Assembly: GCF_006345805.1 (NCBI RefSeq) | Contig: NW_021835490.1 | Location: 1-40,025 of the forward strand | From: Octopus sinensis | Lineage: Eukaryota | DNA length: 40,025 nt | Direction: 5' to 3' | Shown: positions 35,669 to 40,025 of the stretch, one piece after another | Layout: the number at the start of each line of letters is the position of its first letter | Numbering within the stretch: position 1 is the stretch's first letter | Notes under the pieces: generated by a model | What the model was told of the DNA's origin: nothing | What the model saw: the letters and a program-made list of their open reading frames with translations, nothing else | The model's database searches: none | Translations under genes and position numbers: made by a program

Positions 35669-35974
35669 TATATATATATTATATATATATATAATATATA
35701 TATATATATATTATATATATATGAGACAAGAGTTTATAGGCTAATAAGCAACTAAAAATATTATCCAACGTATCAGCCAGTCGTTGATCTCAGTCCCAAT
35801 TGTAGTTTAAGCTCATCTTCAGTCGATTAGACTGGATCAACACTAACAGAAATGTACCATGTGCCGCCGGATCTAGAAAATGTGGTGTTTGTGTTGGAGT
35901 AGGTGTACGTAAAAAAAAAAAAATATAAGCGCGGCGATTAAATGAAATGAATGACAGAGTAACAAATAAATTTC

Positions 35975-36760
35975 TGATATTTTTGTGTTGTGACATAATC
36001 AAACCATAAATATGTACAAAACCCACTCAAGAAAGGATATGTATCGTAATATATCAGAATCATAATGATAGAGAAATCCCACTTCAGGAAGTTTTTGTGC
36101 TGTAACGTAACCGGAGCAGGAAATAGGGTAGGGCCCACGCAAAGACGATGTACTGTAAGATAGACAATCATTCAAAATACTAGAGTACACAGGAGGAAAA
36201 TGTAATGCAAGGTATCATAGTCATGGAATGGACGCTGTTAAACTGGACAGAGTCAACGCTAGTAAGATATATTAGAAAGCTATAAAATGGGAGGATCCCA
36301 CGCTGAGAATATGATCGGAAAGGCGGGTGGAGCCTACGCAAAGAAGGAGAGTTATTGGAACATAATAGAACCATAAAAATAGACAAAGCCCACACGATGA
36401 AGGATGTGTTATGAAACATAACAGTAATGTAAAAGCAGACGAAGCCCACACGATGAAAAATATGTTTTGGAGCATAACAGCCATAAAATTAGACAAAGCC
36501 CACACGATGAAGGATATGTTTTCGAACATAACAGAGACATAAAATTAGACGAAACCCACACGAAGAAAGATGTCTTTGGATCTTAACAGGGCCATAAATA
36601 AAGACTGAGCCCACTCTAGGTAGGTTTAATGGAGTATAGAAAAGCAATAAATGTGAACAAAGCCCCCGCGAATGAGATTTATTAGAACATAAGTCAACCT
36701 TAAACATAAATACAGCCAACGCGTTGGATGTGATGTATTCAAACGAACCCACAAATGTAC
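35975..36760. repeat. Degenerate ~54-56-bp tandem array
   Basis: Anchor AAGCCCACACGATGAAGGAT recurs at 36332, 36388, 36444, 36498, 36554 and 36609, and more divergently at ~36022, 36078 and 36133. Confidence 0.8.
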
Positions 36761-37178
36761 GGAAATCCGGCAAAAAAAAAAAACTGAAGTATTTTCTATG
36801 GATGTATAATCTTGCCTCGAACTTGTTTCAAGCAAGGGCAGTGAACAGGTATCAGGGTTGTTAGAGTATTTTATAGAAGGCATTCGAGTATTCGGTCCAG
36901 AGCTCTGAGTTCAAATCCGTGTGAGGTCACGTCATCCGTTCTTGGTTGGGGAGCAAACTTCCAGCCACAGAACACCGTCTGCTTCTAAGTATGTATATGT
37001 ATAGTCCGTGTGTATCATAAGTTGAAGACGGGAAGGATGACTTCCCTTTGCAAATACTGACAGGACACAGATAGTGTGTCTATGGCCAGCTGGAGGAGTG
37101 TGTCCTCCTGGGGCTAAAAAACTACAGTAGCATCCACCCTTAGGGGTTAGCCATATTGAAATGGCAAAAATACGTCAC

Positions 37179-37216
<38 letters not shown>

Positions 37217-37339
37217 TTATACATATATATATATATGTATGTATAAATATATATATATATATCTATGTATGTATAAATATATAATATTCTATATGTATGT
37301 ATAAATATATATATAGTATATATATGATGTATAAATATG

Positions 37340-38170
37340 TACTTTGATACTTTGATACTTTGATAGGTTTCGGCCATTATTGGCCCAGGCCATGTCTAAC
37401 TTAATAGCACCACCTGGTGAAGTCTTTCAAGTCAGAATTGGGCACTATGGCCCACTCAAGTAGAGAGTTATTGTTTACAGAGACATATCCGGGGTAGGGG
37501 GTTTATCCGGGAGTTCTTGAAGGAATCGTCAAAGACTTCTTGACCCATAGGGTCAGTTTCTGTTTTATGCGGTTTGGTGTAATGTTAAAGAGAGCGGGGC
37601 CAATTGAGGTGAAATAATTGTGCCGTATTGTTTTTATGAGATGAGAGTGCGATTTTTGTTTTTGGGCGGATGGCACGGGGCCCAAGCCTTGGATGTACCT
37701 AAAGGTGATGCCCAACATCATTTGGGCAATGCTGATGGAATATTTTCCACATCATGCAGATGATGTAGCGCTCACGACGACGTGGAGAGAATAGAGTTTT
37801 AGCTTTTTAGTCGACCCCAATAGTCGAGGCCTGTCATGCCATCTATCTTTTTGTGATTGCCCTTTGAGGGTGCTTCGACTTTTATGATACTGTGTATTGT
37901 GTGGGGAGACCACAGTGGACAACAGTATTCAGGTGGGGTCGGGCAAAAAGTGGAGAAGAGAGGATAATGTGTGGATATCTCTCGACTGGAAAGTTCTGAG
38001 AATCCAGGAAACACATTCTGCGGGCCATGTCAACTTGGTGTTTATATGAGTGGCCCGCTTACGTTGTTGTCCACTTAATCCCAAGTCTCTGATGTTGTTG
38101 GACGCCGTGAGGTTTCACTGAAGGAAGGGAGTTGGGAGTTTCAGGGCATCCTCTTTTCCAAAGTGATTAG
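37340..38170 (-). mobile_element. CR1-clade LINE 3' end
   Basis: Frameshifted IRDLG..ARRMC.WILRTFQSRD..PHLEYCCPLWSP..LDYWGRLK.LKLYSL.RRRERYII..IGPALFN..LPDKP.PGY..NSLLEW; 8-bp tandem tail (TATCAAAG)x3 at ~37340-37365. Confidence 0.9.
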
Positions 38171-38189
38171 CTAAATTTATCCTCGTTCA

Positions 38190-38246
38190 GCAATATATAT
38201 ATATATATGTATGTTAACTATTATATATATATATATATATATGTTG

Positions 38247-38277
<31 letters not shown>

Positions 38278-38762
38278 AAATATATATTATAATATATATA
38301 TATGTATGTATAAATATATATATATATATATAATAATGTGGTATAACATATATATATATATATATATGTGTATAAATTATATATAATATGTATGTATAAA
38401 ATATATGATATATATATGTATGTATTAAATCGATATATATATGTATGTAAAATATATATATATATATATGTATGTATAAATATATATATATATATATATG
38501 AGGTATATCTATATATATATATATATATGTATGTATATATATATATATATATGTATGTTATATAATATATGTAGATATATATATATATATGTATGTATAT
38601 TAATATATATATATCATATATATTATATAATATTATACATATATATACATATATATACATATATATATAATATATATATCTATATATATATATATATATA
38701 TATATATCTTATATATATATATAATATATATATATATATAATATATATATATATATTATATA
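38190..38762. repeat. (TA)n-rich microsatellite
   Basis: Direct inspection. Confidence 0.95.
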
Positions 38763-38764
38763 CA

Positions 38765-38931
38765 GGGTGGCACCATACAGGCATGGAGCTTACAAATATA
38801 ATTTCAAGTCCAAGCTTTGCCTATTAGAGAAAATGCACATATTATTCAAAGACAATAATTCTTTGAATCAAAGAAGTGAGTTAATGAACTTATGTAGGCA
38901 CGCGGCTAAATTTAAAATCGAATATAAATAT
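38765..38931 (+). pseudogene. Penelope-like element, C-terminal GIY-YIG endonuclease remnant
   Basis: Translation APYRHGAYKYNFKSKLCLLEKMHILFKDNNSLNQRSELMNLCRHAAKF matches the PLE C-terminal pattern PY..G...C.LCL.EK..I....LN.RSE....CRH..KF. Confidence 0.8.
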
Positions 38932-39928
38932 ACCATATGGATAGAGTATATATTTTGTATTTTGATTTTGATTTTGATTTTGACTCTGAGCGCTACGACG
39001 GATCTATAGCAAAGTCTTATTGTTTCTACATATATATTAGGAAAAACCTACAAACTTTCTTTTCATGTTATTGTATTGCATAGATTACCTTGATATTTTA
39101 TATTACCTTGATTATTTTTAATGACCCAAAATAGGATGTTATATTTTATTTTATATGTCTTTCGTATATATTTTTTATTAAAGCACCCATTTTTTAAAGC
39201 AATGTTTTTTTAAAAAGAGCAATGTTGTCAAATTTAGAATGTTTATATAAGTGTGTATAGCAAAGCATATGTATTGTAAGCATGCGTATCTGTGTATGTG
39301 TAAGTGAAAGTATGCTTGTGCTAAGCACGCATACACACGCGGTATGTATATGTATCAATTCAAACTTGTTATGTATACTGGCCTCTATAGATGCCAATAT
39401 CATCGTTACAAGTTTTTTTCCCCACCCCTCCTTCGTTCCTTTTTCTCTCTTTCCCTTTCTTTCGTTCCCTCCTTGCTCAGTATATGAGAATTGCTACATA
39501 GATGAATTTTAGCTTGCGTGCGAGACGGTTTGCGTGAATATATGTACACATGCTTTTATGTGTATAATTTAGATTCATATTCTACGTCTGCATATGTATG
39601 TATGGCGTTTACGCGCATCCTTTGTGTATGTTGATATATATGTGGATTTTAATATAAATATGTATTGCAGTATTTATAACAGGTTTATTTCTATGCATTA
39701 ATTTGTACTGTCTTCATTAACGGCAATAGGTTTTTTCCTCGGTTTTTTCCTCGGATTTTATAATTTTATAAGTTTTTTTTATATATTATATACATATATT
39801 TTTGACCTTTTGTTTATCGCTCGAAGATTGACCGTTTTCTCTAAAGGGCCAATCAACAAGTCCATTTCTTTTTAAAGGTGTAGCGTTTGTAAGAGTATAG
39901 ATGAATTAATATATATGTTCCATTCTAG

Positions 39929-39979
39929 CAAAAACTGTTGATGAACGGCAACGAGAAACTCAGAGTAACAGATTTTGTT
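39929..39979 (+). ncRNA. Second, decayed copy of the H6 hammerhead
   Basis: AAAACTGT-TGATGA-ACG-gcaa-CGA-GAA-ACTC-a-GAGT-A-ACAGATTTTG. Downstream TTGAATTTTCTGCTGCTT..AAAGTATT matches 35639-35668. Confidence 0.65.
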
Positions 39980-40025
39980 GAATTTTCTGCTGCTTAAATA
40001 TAAAGTATTATATATTATATATATA

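Noticed and set aside
35762-35830. Minus-strand CTGAAGA...GATACGTT resembling a PLE hammerhead
   Set aside because: GAAA is mutated and no convincing stem I or II could be folded by eye; possibly a very old copy.
35975-36760. CRISPR-like repeat-spacer array or C2H2 zinc-finger cluster
   Set aside because: Eukaryotic context, whole units are degenerate repeats without unique spacers, and there is no Cys/His spacing.
37365-37400. GGCC..GGCC-GAAAC hairpin in the CR1 3' UTR
   Set aside because: No CUGANGA upstream; fits an ordinary CR1 3' stem-loop.
38985-39025. Possible hammerhead after the PLE ORF remnant (CTGAGC-GCTA..TAGC-AAAG)
   Set aside because: Only stem II is recognisable; both core strands deviate at several positions.
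971-39512. Most ORFs in the supplied track (YI-, HT-, CV-, LS-, poly-I/L/S-rich)
   Set aside because: They are translations of (TA)n, (CA)n, (GA)n and trinucleotide microsatellites or of SINE sequence.

Overview
AT-rich eukaryotic DNA made almost entirely of microsatellites and interspersed repeats. The SINE repertoire looks cephalopod, probably Octopus (my recognition, not a database result). No protein-coding gene can be called with confidence: nearly all ORFs in the track are translations of simple repeats, and only a few weak candidate exons remain. Identifiable content includes several tRNA-derived SINE families, mariner-derived MITEs, decayed LINEs (three R4/Dong, one CR1, one RTE), Penelope-like element (PLE) remnants, and a degenerate ~56-bp tandem array. 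The most striking pattern is about nine type I hammerhead-ribozyme (HHR) motifs from roughly six sequence families. Most have the minimal, (near-)palindromic stem III known from PLE hammerheads, which act as dimers. Three copies belong to one apparently chimeric mobile unit: tRNA-like Pol III head, then (AAT)n, then hammerhead, then PLE-like tail. This suggests a self-cleaving SINE mobilised by Penelope-like machinery. Two other families carry a non-canonical CCGACGA core, and several insertions carry inverted copies of their own ends. All folds were done by eye; ribozyme activity and novelty are untested. Most element boundaries are approximate.
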